Below, in pieces: positions 37,001 through 46,824 of a stretch of 58,560 nt of DNA (its first letter is position 1; each line of letters starts with the position of its first letter). Location: positions 1 to 58,560 of the IMG/VR virus record IMGVR_UViG_3300020179_000036, one strand, 5' to 3'. The notes under the pieces were generated by a model. The model was given only the letters and a program-made list of their open reading frames with translations. It was not told the DNA's origin and did not search any database. The DNA is from a virus (taxonomy: Duplodnaviria > Caudoviricetes). A program made the translations under genes and the position numbers.

Positions 37001-39880
37001 ATGCCCAAGTTCAATCTGGCCCCTCTGTCTGATGACCTTAACCCGGTGTTTCCGCCGGCCTCACCGCCCAAGGCAACGCGGGCGCAGATGAATCAATCGC
37101 TGGAGAACCGGCTGGGCCCGCTTAGGCCGTTGGGCCAGCTGATGAACACCCTGGCGTCGCCTGACACCAAGGCAGGCATCGTCACGGGGCCAATCAATGC
37201 GGTCAGCAAGTTGACCAATGCCTTAGGCGATCTGATCCAGCGCAAGCCAATCGACACCAAGGACGCTTTCCAGATCACCCCTGCGCAAACCCGTGCCGTC
37301 AACCCATTCCGTATGGGTTACGGCAGCGAGGTCACCCCTGCTGATGAAGCGGGCCTGCAGGTGGGTGGAGTGATCGGCGCCGAAATGCTGGGTGCCGTCA
37401 CAGGCACGGCCATTGTCAACCGTATCAAGCAAACAGGTACTGCTATCCGTGCAGCGCAAGCGCTGAAGGCGACCCCGGCAGTGCGGCGTCTTGCCGTTGC
37501 TCAGTCGGTCAACCCTGCACTGCGCACCGGCCTTGGGTTGGCCAAGAACGCTGGCGAGGCGGTCACGGCCACTGCACTAGCAGCGCCATTTATTGATCAG
37601 GACCAGGGCAATCTCAGCAACCTGGGCGACAACTTGATTTTTGATCCCACCGACACCAAAGGCGTTCCGTTGATACGTGGAGTTCGGCCGGGCGAAACAG
37701 GCTTCCGACTTCCTGGACGCGCAGAAGAGACCGACAACTATTTCCAAAAGCTGGGCAAAGGCTTGATTGTTGAGGGGCTTGCTCTGCCTCTGTCGGTGAT
37801 TGGCCTGGGCTCCTTGGCCGGGCCCACCCGCCGCTTGATGGCTGGCAATGGCATCCAGGCCTTAGACGAGCTGGCTCAAACAGAGCTGGCGCCGTACATG
37901 CCCAAGGCAATGGCGGGCCCTGCTTTGCCCCCGGCTGCTGAACAAGGGCAGCTGCCCCCCTGGCAGGGCGGTGGGGCCTTGGTGCCCGCAGAACCTGCAG
38001 GGCAACTGGTGCCGCATGGCTCAGCCATTGAGCGCCAGCTGGACGAGTCCACGATGATCCGGCAAGTCAGCCAGCAACGTGACTGGCTGCAGCAGCAGGG
38101 CCTGGTTGAGCAGGGCGAGCTGGGTCAGCTCGAGCTAAACGTGGGTCAAGCCGTTGATCCTGAAATCCGGCTGCAGATTCGCCAGCTGCAAACCCAGCGC
38201 GGCCAGCTGGTGAAAGCCATGCAGGACACGCCTGATCAGCTGGATCAAATCGAGGCCCAGCTGGTTGAGGTCGATAAACAGATCGCTGATCTCAACCTGA
38301 CCAGCACCACTGATGAGTTCCTGGCCCCACGCTCGGGGGTGCAGGGGGAGTTTGACCTGGCGGACCCCCGGCCAGAGATCGACACCTACCTGGCTTACCT
38401 GGACGAGCTGGACGACCAGCAGCTGCGGCAGGTTCACAGCCGCGTCTACCGCCAGGCAGGGCAAGAGCGCAACGCACAAGAGCTCGGTCAATCCCAGGCC
38501 CAGATCCAAACCATCAACGACCGCATTGCTGAAATTCAGTCCCGTGCTGATGACGGCAACCTCACCCCGACCGGGGCCAAGCGGCTGCTGAGTCGGGCGC
38601 AGAAAGAGCTGGATGCAGCTCAGCTAAAAGTCACCTCCCTGCAAGCGCGGTCACGTGTGCCTGAGACCTTGGTGGGCGATCAGCTGGAGATGGCCCTGCC
38701 GCAACAGCTGGGGCTGAACCTGGCTGATGAAATCCAGCTGCCTCCGTTCCGTGATCTGGCCGCCACCGCCAGTGAGTACGGCTACCGGACGCCTGATGAC
38801 TACCGCAATGCCCTGCAGGGCTGGAACCGTGACCAGCTGCGCCGGCTGGCAATGCCGGACTCAAGCCCAGAGGTGGCCGCCCTAGTCAAAGCCCGCACGG
38901 GCCGCCGGGTGTGGAACGCCAAGAAGCAGGACATTGTTGATGCCCTGGTGGAGATCAGCCAGCGCCGCGGGCGTTACCTGCCGCCTGAGCCGCCAACGCC
39001 TGAGCAAGGTGCCCTGCAGTTGACCACCAACCCAGCTGGTGGCGACGCCCCGCTGCTGGATGTGCCGGCAAACCTGGATGTGCCTGGCATCAGCCGGACC
39101 CTTGATGCCGATGGCAATGAGGTGATCGTGCCGATGGTGAACTACCAGGCACGCGGCATCGACGCTGAGACCCGCACTCGGCTCAAGCGGGAAATCCTGC
39201 AGCGAGCCATTGATAACGGCGAGGTGCAAGCGCCGGTGTCACCACTGCCCAAGCGGCCTGAGGGCCCTGAGTTCTTCCAGCAAGGACAGTTCATTGACGA
39301 TCTTTTGGCTGATGAAAGCGGCCAGCTGCCGATGCAGTTTCTGAATGACCAACTGCCGATCTACAAGGCTGGCGGCAAGAACGCTGACTCACTCATTGAC
39401 GAGATGCGCTTGCGGTACGAGTACCAAGTGATGGATGCTGAAGCGCAGCGTGTGCAGCGTCAGGCATGGCTGGCCGATCGCGGCTGGGACACCATGACTT
39501 GGGAAGAAAAGAAGAAGCTGGGCATCCTCGGGGAGGGGTTTTATGCCCTGCAACGCACTGAGTTTGCTGGTGCTGTTGATCGTGTCCGTGATGCAACGCC
39601 GCAATTCAACCCTGAGCTAACGCCAACGCCACCACGCAAGGCCAACACTTACGAGTGGACGCCTGAAGGCACGGCAATGAAAGAGCCTGCCAAAGCGCCT
39701 GAAACACCCACTCAAGCCCCGGCGAGCAAGCGTCAGGCAACAGCTGAAGCAGCATCCGCGCGGGCCAAAGCAAGGCAGCTGAAAGTGCAGCAGCAGAGGG
39801 CTGCGATGCAAGGCAAAGAGCTGGACAATGAGATTGCAAAACTTGAGCGCAAGATTGCGGAGGGCAGCTGCAATGGCTGA
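37001..39880 (+). CDS. Large internal virion protein
   Basis: 959 aa within the ejection-protein block. Confidence 0.7.
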   Translation: MPKFNLAPLSDDLNPVFPPASPPKATRAQMNQSLENRLGPLRPLGQLMNTLASPDTKAGIVTGPINAVSKLTNALGDLIQRKPIDTKDAFQITPAQTRAVNPFRMGYGSEVTPADEAGLQVGGVIGAEMLGAVTGTAIVNRIKQTGTAIRAAQALKATPAVRRLAVAQSVNPALRTGLGLAKNAGEAVTATALAAPFIDQDQGNLSNLGDNLIFDPTDTKGVPLIRGVRPGETGFRLPGRAEETDNYFQKLGKGLIVEGLALPLSVIGLGSLAGPTRRLMAGNGIQALDELAQTELAPYMPKAMAGPALPPAAEQGQLPPWQGGGALVPAEPAGQLVPHGSAIERQLDESTMIRQVSQQRDWLQQQGLVEQGELGQLELNVGQAVDPEIRLQIRQLQTQRGQLVKAMQDTPDQLDQIEAQLVEVDKQIADLNLTSTTDEFLAPRSGVQGEFDLADPRPEIDTYLAYLDELDDQQLRQVHSRVYRQAGQERNAQELGQSQAQIQTINDRIAEIQSRADDGNLTPTGAKRLLSRAQKELDAAQLKVTSLQARSRVPETLVGDQLEMALPQQLGLNLADEIQLPPFRDLAATASEYGYRTPDDYRNALQGWNRDQLRRLAMPDSSPEVAALVKARTGRRVWNAKKQDIVDALVEISQRRGRYLPPEPPTPEQGALQLTTNPAGGDAPLLDVPANLDVPGISRTLDADGNEVIVPMVNYQARGIDAETRTRLKREILQRAIDNGEVQAPVSPLPKRPEGPEFFQQGQFIDDLLADESGQLPMQFLNDQLPIYKAGGKNADSLIDEMRLRYEYQVMDAEAQRVQRQAWLADRGWDTMTWEEKKKLGILGEGFYALQRTEFAGAVDRVRDATPQFNPELTPTPPRKANTYEWTPEGTAMKEPAKAPETPTQAPASKRQATAEAASARAKARQLKVQQQRAAMQGKELDNEIAKLERKIAEGSCNG

Positions 39881-42800
39881 TTGCTTTGATCTAGAGAAGC
39901 AGCTGCAAACTCTTCGCGAGCAGAAGGCCGCCAATGAAGCGGTGCAGCGTCGGCTGGCTGGTGAACTGAATCAAGCAGTTGCCAATCAGCTCGAGCCAAA
40001 GCCGGTTCGCTTCAGGATGCTTTCAGGCGACAAGCTCGAGATCAACCCACAAAGGTTCTGGAACCAGGTTGAACGCGATGCGTTGGCCATGGATGAGGAG
40101 GCGATTGGCCAAGCCGTCCGCGCTGGATTTGAGAAGCAAGCCAGGCCGATTGGTAGCAAAGGCCTGAACATCAACTACGCCCAGCTGCCCTTTGGCGAAG
40201 AGAACCTAGGCAAGCTGCTCGAGGTGTTGGCGCTTAAGCGCAATGCCAGCGAGAAGGGCGTTGAGCTGAGGCGGCCTTACACCGCAGGTGTTGCCGACGC
40301 TCAGTTCCGCCTGGTGGCCATGGCCTATGGCGCAGAGCCTGGGGCACTATTTGACGCCATGAAACGCAAGCTGGCGGGCATTGATGAGCTGCCGGTCAAC
40401 GCTTACATCGTCAACCGCGTGAAGATGGATGCGGTCCGCTCCTACGCGGATGCGCTGGATGAGGCTTCTGAGCTGATGAAGCTCGGCGCTTTGGACGATG
40501 CGGCCAAGACCAGCCTGGCCAACATCGCTCAATGGGCTCATGCGTTTGAGCAGTTTGACAACCAGGTGTCACGCAAGATCGCTCAAGCGCTACGCACCCG
40601 GCAGTTTGGCGACTGGGCGAACGAAAACATTTTCATAAAGTTCGACAAGGACGTCAGCCTTCTCACGCTTGATGAAATCAAAGCTGGCAGTTTGCTGGCC
40701 CAGGTAGAAGACGCGATTGCATCGGGCGACCCCCTTAAGCTAAAGCGCCTGGCCACAGCCAAGCGGCTTGACGAGCTGGCCGGGCGTTCACTCAACGAGC
40801 CCAACTTCATGACCCAGGTGCGGGTCTTGAACACCTACCGCAAGGACAACCTGTTTAGCGGTGTAGCCACCTGGCTGGTGCGCAACCCGACGTCGATCCT
40901 GGTCAGCGCCAACTACGGCCTGGAGGACATTGCAGAAGGCGCTCTGAAGTTCGGCATCAAGGCTGAGCTGGGCGCCATGGGCCATGCCTTCCGCTCGGTG
41001 CAGCAGGGCATGAGCACAGCTTGGTTAAACGCCTGGGACAACTTTGCCTATGGCAAGAAGACCTTTGACGTGAACAACTACGCCGAGCTGTCGGACGACA
41101 TTCTTGAGCAGACCAAGAACACGGTGAATCGAGATCTCAATGATGCTTGGGAACTATTTACCAGCCCGAGCTACCACTTCAAAACGGCGGGAACTGGGAC
41201 GGTAGTAACGTTCATGAACCTGATGAACTTGGGCTTCCGCAAGCTGCTGGGGGCGGGGGTTGAGCAGTTGACCGGCACCAGCGCTGGCTACACCCCGTCA
41301 TTCCGCCTGCTGAACGGTGGCGATGAGGTGATCAGGAAGATGAGCTTTGACTGGAAGGTCAACCATGAGGCCTGGCTGCGAGCTGCCAAAGAAGCCGAGG
41401 GTGTCGTGGAGCAAGGCGGCCAGCGGGCAGATCGCAACTGGATTCGTCAGCGGGCTGATCAGCTGGCCGAGAAGGCTGTCTTCAGTGGCCTAATGACCGA
41501 TGACGAGTTGGCCAAGCTGCGCCTACGAGAGCTTGGTGCCACAGCCGGCGACATGGACAACGAGGAGCTGCGGCTCCTGATGTTCAACAACCTGCACGGC
41601 ACACCCAATGCAGCCGATGAGCTGGGCAAATTGGGTGTTGAGCGGGGCAACCAGGTCACCTTTACTCAGGCCCTGGACGACCGTTTTACCCAAGGCGTGC
41701 AGTTGATGCGCAGCAACCCGTTGGTCGGGTGGGTCATGCCTGTGTGGCGAGTGCCGGCCAACGGCATGAAGTGGATGTTTGGCCACGACATGTACGTCCA
41801 AATCCCCAAGCAGCTTTATCTCGAGCTCAAGAACGCCTTGGGTGATGGCGGCTATGCGCGGCCTGGCAGCGACTCCTTTGGCAAGTTTTGGGAAGCCGGT
41901 GCCGTTGACTCGGATCTTCTGGCCAAAAGCAGGGCCTCGTTCCTATCTTCTTTAGCCCTGGCCAGCACCACACAGTTGCTGTGGGAGGCGGGCATCTTCA
42001 GCGACGGCGGGCCAACAAAAGAGGAGGACAGGGATCGTTTGGGCCCCACCTTTAGGCCGTACTCTTTCTCGCTGACCTATGGCGCCAATGAAGCCGTTAG
42101 CAAAATGTCTGGTGGATCAATCGATTTAATTGATCTGATGGGTCTGCAGGCAGACCTGCTGCGTGCACGACACGAAGGCCGAGTGGACAACAACAGCTTC
42201 ACTACACACATGGGGGGCATTGTTCATGCTTACGCTCGCATGGTTATGAACAAGGCATCTTTGACAGGTATTTCCTCCATAATCAATGCTTTAGTAAGGG
42301 CTGGCCGCGGCGGTGACGTGGACTGGGCTGGTGAGCTGGGCAAGCAGATGAACGGCATCCTGCCGCTTTCTGGCCTATTCACCTCCGCGTCCAGGGGCTT
42401 CAACGATCCCAATGAAACGGTTGCCAAGCGGCGTGAGCTCACCCCAGCCGAATACCAAGCACTAAAGCAAGACCCCAACTGGGAAATCTTTAGCAACATT
42501 GCCAGCCGGATCTTCAAGGACTACCCGATCCTTGGTCAGCTGGTGCCTCCTCAGCGGGAAGACAGAGATTGGCTGGGCGATCGGATCGAGCGGCCGCTGG
42601 GCCTGTCAGTGGACGAGACCATTCCCTTCATGCCGGTAATTGTGCCCAAGAGCCCGCTGCGAGATTGGTTGGCTCAGCACGGCCTGGGCATGAAGCCTCG
42701 CCCCGAGGGCCGCGTTTCAGAAGGCCTGCCGGTGCCGACCAACATGACCAAGCCGCAAGAGGCCACCTACAGGGAGGCAATGCGCACCATTCCTGGAGCG

Positions 42801-43202
42801 ATCCCTGCAGCAGCTGTGCTCGGTGCTGGCAATGCCACGATTAACGTGGGCACTGCGGTGTTCTCTGTTGACAGCTACGTGCAGGGACGGACGCTTAAGC
42901 AAGCGCTGGACAAGCTGCGTCAGGATCCTGAATACAACCTAGAGCTCAACAGCCCTGGTGGCCCCAGTCTGGTCACCCAGCCCGGGAAAGCCTTGAGCGA
43001 CAGAAGAGGTAGCGTGAATGATCCTCGCGGTGTCTACAAGGTGTTTGATGCGGTTGTCACCTACTACGACAAGCTCGGACTTCAAGAAATGGTCCGTCAA
43101 CACCCTGAGTTTCAGGAGATGGCATTGGCCAACTTGCGTGCCCGCAACGGCAATGTTCGAGCTCGTCTTGAAGCCAGCCCGCTAGGCCTTGGCCGGAAGT
43201 AG
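39873..43202 (+). CDS. Internal virion protein (gp16-like), phage Y
   Basis: Start MADCFDL overlaps the upstream stop; precedes the tail fibre; related to 1-3244. Confidence 0.75.
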   Translation: MADCFDLEKQLQTLREQKAANEAVQRRLAGELNQAVANQLEPKPVRFRMLSGDKLEINPQRFWNQVERDALAMDEEAIGQAVRAGFEKQARPIGSKGLNINYAQLPFGEENLGKLLEVLALKRNASEKGVELRRPYTAGVADAQFRLVAMAYGAEPGALFDAMKRKLAGIDELPVNAYIVNRVKMDAVRSYADALDEASELMKLGALDDAAKTSLANIAQWAHAFEQFDNQVSRKIAQALRTRQFGDWANENIFIKFDKDVSLLTLDEIKAGSLLAQVEDAIASGDPLKLKRLATAKRLDELAGRSLNEPNFMTQVRVLNTYRKDNLFSGVATWLVRNPTSILVSANYGLEDIAEGALKFGIKAELGAMGHAFRSVQQGMSTAWLNAWDNFAYGKKTFDVNNYAELSDDILEQTKNTVNRDLNDAWELFTSPSYHFKTAGTGTVVTFMNLMNLGFRKLLGAGVEQLTGTSAGYTPSFRLLNGGDEVIRKMSFDWKVNHEAWLRAAKEAEGVVEQGGQRADRNWIRQRADQLAEKAVFSGLMTDDELAKLRLRELGATAGDMDNEELRLLMFNNLHGTPNAADELGKLGVERGNQVTFTQALDDRFTQGVQLMRSNPLVGWVMPVWRVPANGMKWMFGHDMYVQIPKQLYLELKNALGDGGYARPGSDSFGKFWEAGAVDSDLLAKSRASFLSSLALASTTQLLWEAGIFSDGGPTKEEDRDRLGPTFRPYSFSLTYGANEAVSKMSGGSIDLIDLMGLQADLLRARHEGRVDNNSFTTHMGGIVHAYARMVMNKASLTGISSIINALVRAGRGGDVDWAGELGKQMNGILPLSGLFTSASRGFNDPNETVAKRRELTPAEYQALKQDPNWEIFSNIASRIFKDYPILGQLVPPQREDRDWLGDRIERPLGLSVDETIPFMPVIVPKSPLRDWLAQHGLGMKPRPEGRVSEGLPVPTNMTKPQEATYREAMRTIPGAIPAAAVLGAGNATINVGTAVFSVDSYVQGRTLKQALDKLRQDPEYNLELNSPGGPSLVTQPGKALSDRRGSVNDPRGVYKVFDAVVTYYDKLGLQEMVRQHPEFQEMALANLRARNGNVRARLEASPLGLGRK

Positions 43203-43244
43203 CCAAGCCAATAACATGAGGACTGCACAGGTGCAGACCTGCTC

Positions 43245-44786
43245 GTGGCACTTTCTTACGCCCAGTACGCCGGCAACGGGTCCACGACGACCTTCTCGGT
43301 CCCGTTTCCGTACATCCTGAAAGCTCACGTCAAGCTCTACACCGGATACAACATCCTCACTGGTGCTTACACGTCGCAGCTGGTTGACGGCACGAATTAC
43401 AACTGGACGAGCGGCACGCAAATCCAGGTAACTGCTGCACCGGCAAATGGTGTCACGCTCACGGTACTGCGTGATACGCCGGATGCAGCGCAGTTGGTGC
43501 CCTGGCAAGACGGCTCCAACCTGACCGCTGCCGACCTCAATAACGCCGACCTGCAGAACCTGTACGTCGTCCAGGAGCAGCAGGACCGTAACGACTCGGG
43601 CGCTGCTGCAGCTGTGGCGGCGCAGACTGCAGCGAGTACGGCAACGGCCGCGGCGACGGCAGCCACAACTGCGGCCAATACCGCCAACGCAACGGCGGCA
43701 GCCGCGACAACTGCGGCCGCCAACGCCACGACTGCCGCCAACGCCAGTACGGCCGCATCGACGCAGGCGATTGCCGACAGCCAGACAGCGCTGACTCAAA
43801 GCGCACAGGCCGTCTCAACGGCGAACACCGCCTCTAGCAACGCTGCGGCGGCAGTTAGCACAGCCAACAATGCATCAGCAGCTGCAGCAGCTGCAGTTAA
43901 TACGGCTAACAATGCCTCTGCTGCAGTTGGAGCTGCAACTACAACTGCCAATAACGCAGCGGCTGCTGTGGCGGCAGCTACTTCTGCGGCAAACGGGGCT
44001 GTCAATACCGCAAACGCGGCCAATGCCACAGCAAATACAGCACTAGGCAACAGCCAAACAGCAATTACTACAGCCAACAACGCCTCTACTGCGGCAAGTA
44101 ACGCAACGACTACCGCTAACAACGCTTCTGCTACCGCTAACAACGCTTCTACAGCAGCAAATAACGCTGTTGGCACAGCAAACGCTGCAGCAGCAGCTGT
44201 AGCTAATGCACTTCTCTATGACGTTGTTGCCAACGTAGCTGCAATACCAGCCAACCCTGCAAACAACAAAGCTGTTGAAGTAACAAACAGCACAAACATT
44301 CAAGCATTTTCGCCACTTGCGGGACTGCCTGCGGGCTTTGTTGGAGCTAGTGGCCTGAGCGTGCGGATTGTTTATTCAGCTGCAGGCGCGACGTGGAATT
44401 TTATTCAGTATTTCCCCAACGATCCAGAAAGCCGTTACTTGAAATTATCTGGCGGCACTTTGACTGGCGCTATTACTGGAACACAAACTGGCAACATTAT
44501 TCCTTTTTATTTTGATACTTACGCTGGACTGCCATCGGCATCTACTTACCACGGTGCCGTTGCTCACGCTCATGACACCGGAGGGTTGTACTACGCCCAT
44601 GGCGGGCAATGGGTCCAACTGGCGGTGGCTGGAGCTTCTGCAGGGGCAATTATTGAAAATCAACAAACGATCAATAGTAGCTACACCTTGTCAGCGGGCT
44701 ACAATGGCTCATCAGTAGGACCTGTTACGGTAGCCGCTGGGGTTTCGGTGACAGTTCCCGCCAATGCCGTCTGGGCAATTCTCTAG
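43245..44786 (+). CDS. Tail fibre protein (gp17-like), phage Y N-terminus
   Basis: YAGNGSTTTFSVPFPY, RDTP and DGSNLTAADLN..QNLYVVQE motifs; C-terminal part shared with 3244-4668. Confidence 0.92.
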   Translation: MALSYAQYAGNGSTTTFSVPFPYILKAHVKLYTGYNILTGAYTSQLVDGTNYNWTSGTQIQVTAAPANGVTLTVLRDTPDAAQLVPWQDGSNLTAADLNNADLQNLYVVQEQQDRNDSGAAAAVAAQTAASTATAAATAATTAANTANATAAAATTAAANATTAANASTAASTQAIADSQTALTQSAQAVSTANTASSNAAAAVSTANNASAAAAAAVNTANNASAAVGAATTTANNAAAAVAAATSAANGAVNTANAANATANTALGNSQTAITTANNASTAASNATTTANNASATANNASTAANNAVGTANAAAAAVANALLYDVVANVAAIPANPANNKAVEVTNSTNIQAFSPLAGLPAGFVGASGLSVRIVYSAAGATWNFIQYFPNDPESRYLKLSGGTLTGAITGTQTGNIIPFYFDTYAGLPSASTYHGAVAHAHDTGGLYYAHGGQWVQLAVAGASAGAIIENQQTINSSYTLSAGYNGSSVGPVTVAAGVSVTVPANAVWAIL

Positions 44787-44788
44787 CC

Positions 44789-46117
44789 ATGGCTTACGGA
44801 TCGGTCAAAGTTGATTCCATTGTGACTAGCACGCAGGTCATCAATACTGATGACTTGGTTGCTAAGACACGTACCGTCAGCCCCGGCACGGGTTTGACTG
44901 GCGGTGGCGATTTGTCTGCCAACCGCACCATCAGTGCTGATGTGGCAACGCAAGCTGAAGCCGAGGCCGGCGCGGCTGCAAACAAATTGATGACGCCGCA
45001 GCGCACAGCGCAGGCGATTGCTTTGTTGTCGCCGGCTCCGGTGTTTGCCTCGCAGGCCGAAGCTGAAGCTGGCTCGGCATCCGACAAAGTGATGTCCCCG
45101 CTGCGCACAGCGCAGGCGATTGCAGCTTTAAGTGGCGGCGCTGTCTACTACAACCGCAGACCTCCTCTGCATCGCGGCTCGCTGTTTTACAAGACGGCTG
45201 CAACCACAATCAGCGTGGTGGCCGGTGCTGTGCTTAACGGCAAGCTCTACGCCACGGCAACCGCTGTGACGATGCCTGCCAGCTTTACCAACAACAGCGA
45301 CTACGCCATTTGGCAGCACCCCAGCACTGGTGCTTTGGTGGCTGACGCCAACTACACAACAGCACCTGCTGGCGCCACTGGCGGCTCGATTGTTGGCGGC
45401 TTCCACTACGTCCCTAGCGGGCGGCCAACGGGTTTTAATAACACCTCCCCAACAGGTAGTGCCGAAATCCTGGAGTTCAGCATTTTTGATCTGACTTATC
45501 GCCCCAGCTGCCCAGACCCTCGCGGAATGGTTTGCATCAACGATGCGTTTTGGATTGACATCTATTTGGCAGGGGCCACCAGCTATGCCGGCAGCACGTT
45601 CTCTGCTGTCCCCAGCAGCAAGATCGGCCTGACCATTGCTGATGGCAGCAGCTACGCCCTGGTGCCCGCTCAGTACGGCGGCAACGGCAGCAGCAACTAC
45701 GGCAGCTTTACCTGGTACGAAGCCTCAGAAATGGCTGCCAGCTTTGGCAAGCGCCTGCCGTTCTATGCCGAGTTTGCAGCGGCTGCGTTTGGTGCTCCAG
45801 AGGCCGGCAGCCGTGGCTCTGACGCAGGCACGGTGCAGTGGGAGCGAATTAGCAAGTTTGGTTTGGCCCAGGCAACGGGCGTCATGTGGCAGTGGGGCGC
45901 AGACACCTCTGGAAACGGCTCTGGCGGCTCCTGGTCGGCCAACACTGAGGGTAGAGGCAGTGTGTATTCGACCGATGCCCGCGCCGTCCTCCTCGGGGGC
46001 TACTGGAACGACGGGGCCTACTCCGGGTCTCGTTACGCCGTCTGGGACACCGGTCCCTGGGCCTCCGCCAACGGCCTTGGGGCGCGTTTTGCGGCTGGGC
46101 ACCTGGTACTTGGATAG
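44789..46117 (+). CDS. mtd: Mtd-like DGR target, copy 2
   Basis: Translation identical to 4671-5999. Confidence 0.9.
   Translation: MAYGSVKVDSIVTSTQVINTDDLVAKTRTVSPGTGLTGGGDLSANRTISADVATQAEAEAGAAANKLMTPQRTAQAIALLSPAPVFASQAEAEAGSASDKVMSPLRTAQAIAALSGGAVYYNRRPPLHRGSLFYKTAATTISVVAGAVLNGKLYATATAVTMPASFTNNSDYAIWQHPSTGALVADANYTTAPAGATGGSIVGGFHYVPSGRPTGFNNTSPTGSAEILEFSIFDLTYRPSCPDPRGMVCINDAFWIDIYLAGATSYAGSTFSAVPSSKIGLTIADGSSYALVPAQYGGNGSSNYGSFTWYEASEMAASFGKRLPFYAEFAAAAFGAPEAGSRGSDAGTVQWERISKFGLAQATGVMWQWGADTSGNGSGGSWSANTEGRGSVYSTDARAVLLGGYWNDGAYSGSRYAVWDTGPWASANGLGARFAAGHLVLG
45981..46097 (+). repeat. DGR VR, copy 2
   Basis: Identical to VR copy 1. Confidence 0.96.
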
Positions 46118-46141
46118 GAGGCGCGACAGCGCCGACTGCAA

Positions 46142-46537
46142 ATGACCAACAAGCGAGCCTCCGCAGATCCTTCTAAGGAGGCTCATGGCCTTTACATGGT
46201 GGAAAAATACGAGCGGGTCATTGACTACCTTTACCCACTTGCGCAGACAATTCCACGCAAGCACGGCACCTTTCGAGAGCTGCTAATTCGGCAGCTTTTT
46301 TTGGTGGCCGAGCACCTTAACGACGCCATCAAGGCCAACCAGCTTAGCCGCTGCTATGTACTCGACGGCAGCCTTGGCCAGCTCAGGCTGTTGCTGCGGT
46401 TCATGGTTCATCACAAGCGCAAGCTGATAACAGAGCACCAACTGGAAACCGCTCAGGCCCTAGCAGGCGAGGTGGGCTCCATGCTTGGCGGCTGGATCAA
46501 AAGACTGCAGGAACAGAAAAAAAGTGCAAAGCTGTAG
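46142..46537 (+). CDS. avd: Avd, copy 2
   Basis: Identical to 6024-6419. Confidence 0.92.
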   Translation: MTNKRASADPSKEAHGLYMVEKYERVIDYLYPLAQTIPRKHGTFRELLIRQLFLVAEHLNDAIKANQLSRCYVLDGSLGQLRLLLRFMVHHKRKLITEHQLETAQALAGEVGSMLGGWIKRLQEQKKSAKL

Positions 46538-46552
46538 GCGGGCTTGATGGGA

Positions 46553-46669
46553 GCGCCGTCATCCTCGGGGGCAACTGGAACAACGAGGCCAACTCCGGGT
46601 CTCGTAACGCCAACTGGAACAACAATCCCTGGAACTCCAACAACAACATTGGGGCGCGTTTTGCGGCTG
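46553..46669 (+). ncRNA. DGR TR, copy 2
   Basis: Identical to 6435-6551. Confidence 0.96.
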
Positions 46670-46824
46670 TGGCCACTGCTAAACACCACTTGGCTCTGCT
46701 GTTTCTCCGGGGCAGTAGGCCGGTGCCAACCAGGTGCCAGCCATCAAGTCCAGCTTCGGCAAACTCAGGGCCGAGTGGTGGCAATGGCAGGGAGTAGCTC
46801 GTCGAAACCTGCCGCTACCTTCTA

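Noticed and set aside
17862-43245. T7/SP6-style 23-bp phage promoters
   Set aside because: I found no repeated non-palindromic consensus by eye; a motif search is needed before calling them absent.
7926-43245. Photosynthesis or other auxiliary metabolic genes (psbA, hli, talC, nrd)
   Set aside because: No ORF shows these motifs.
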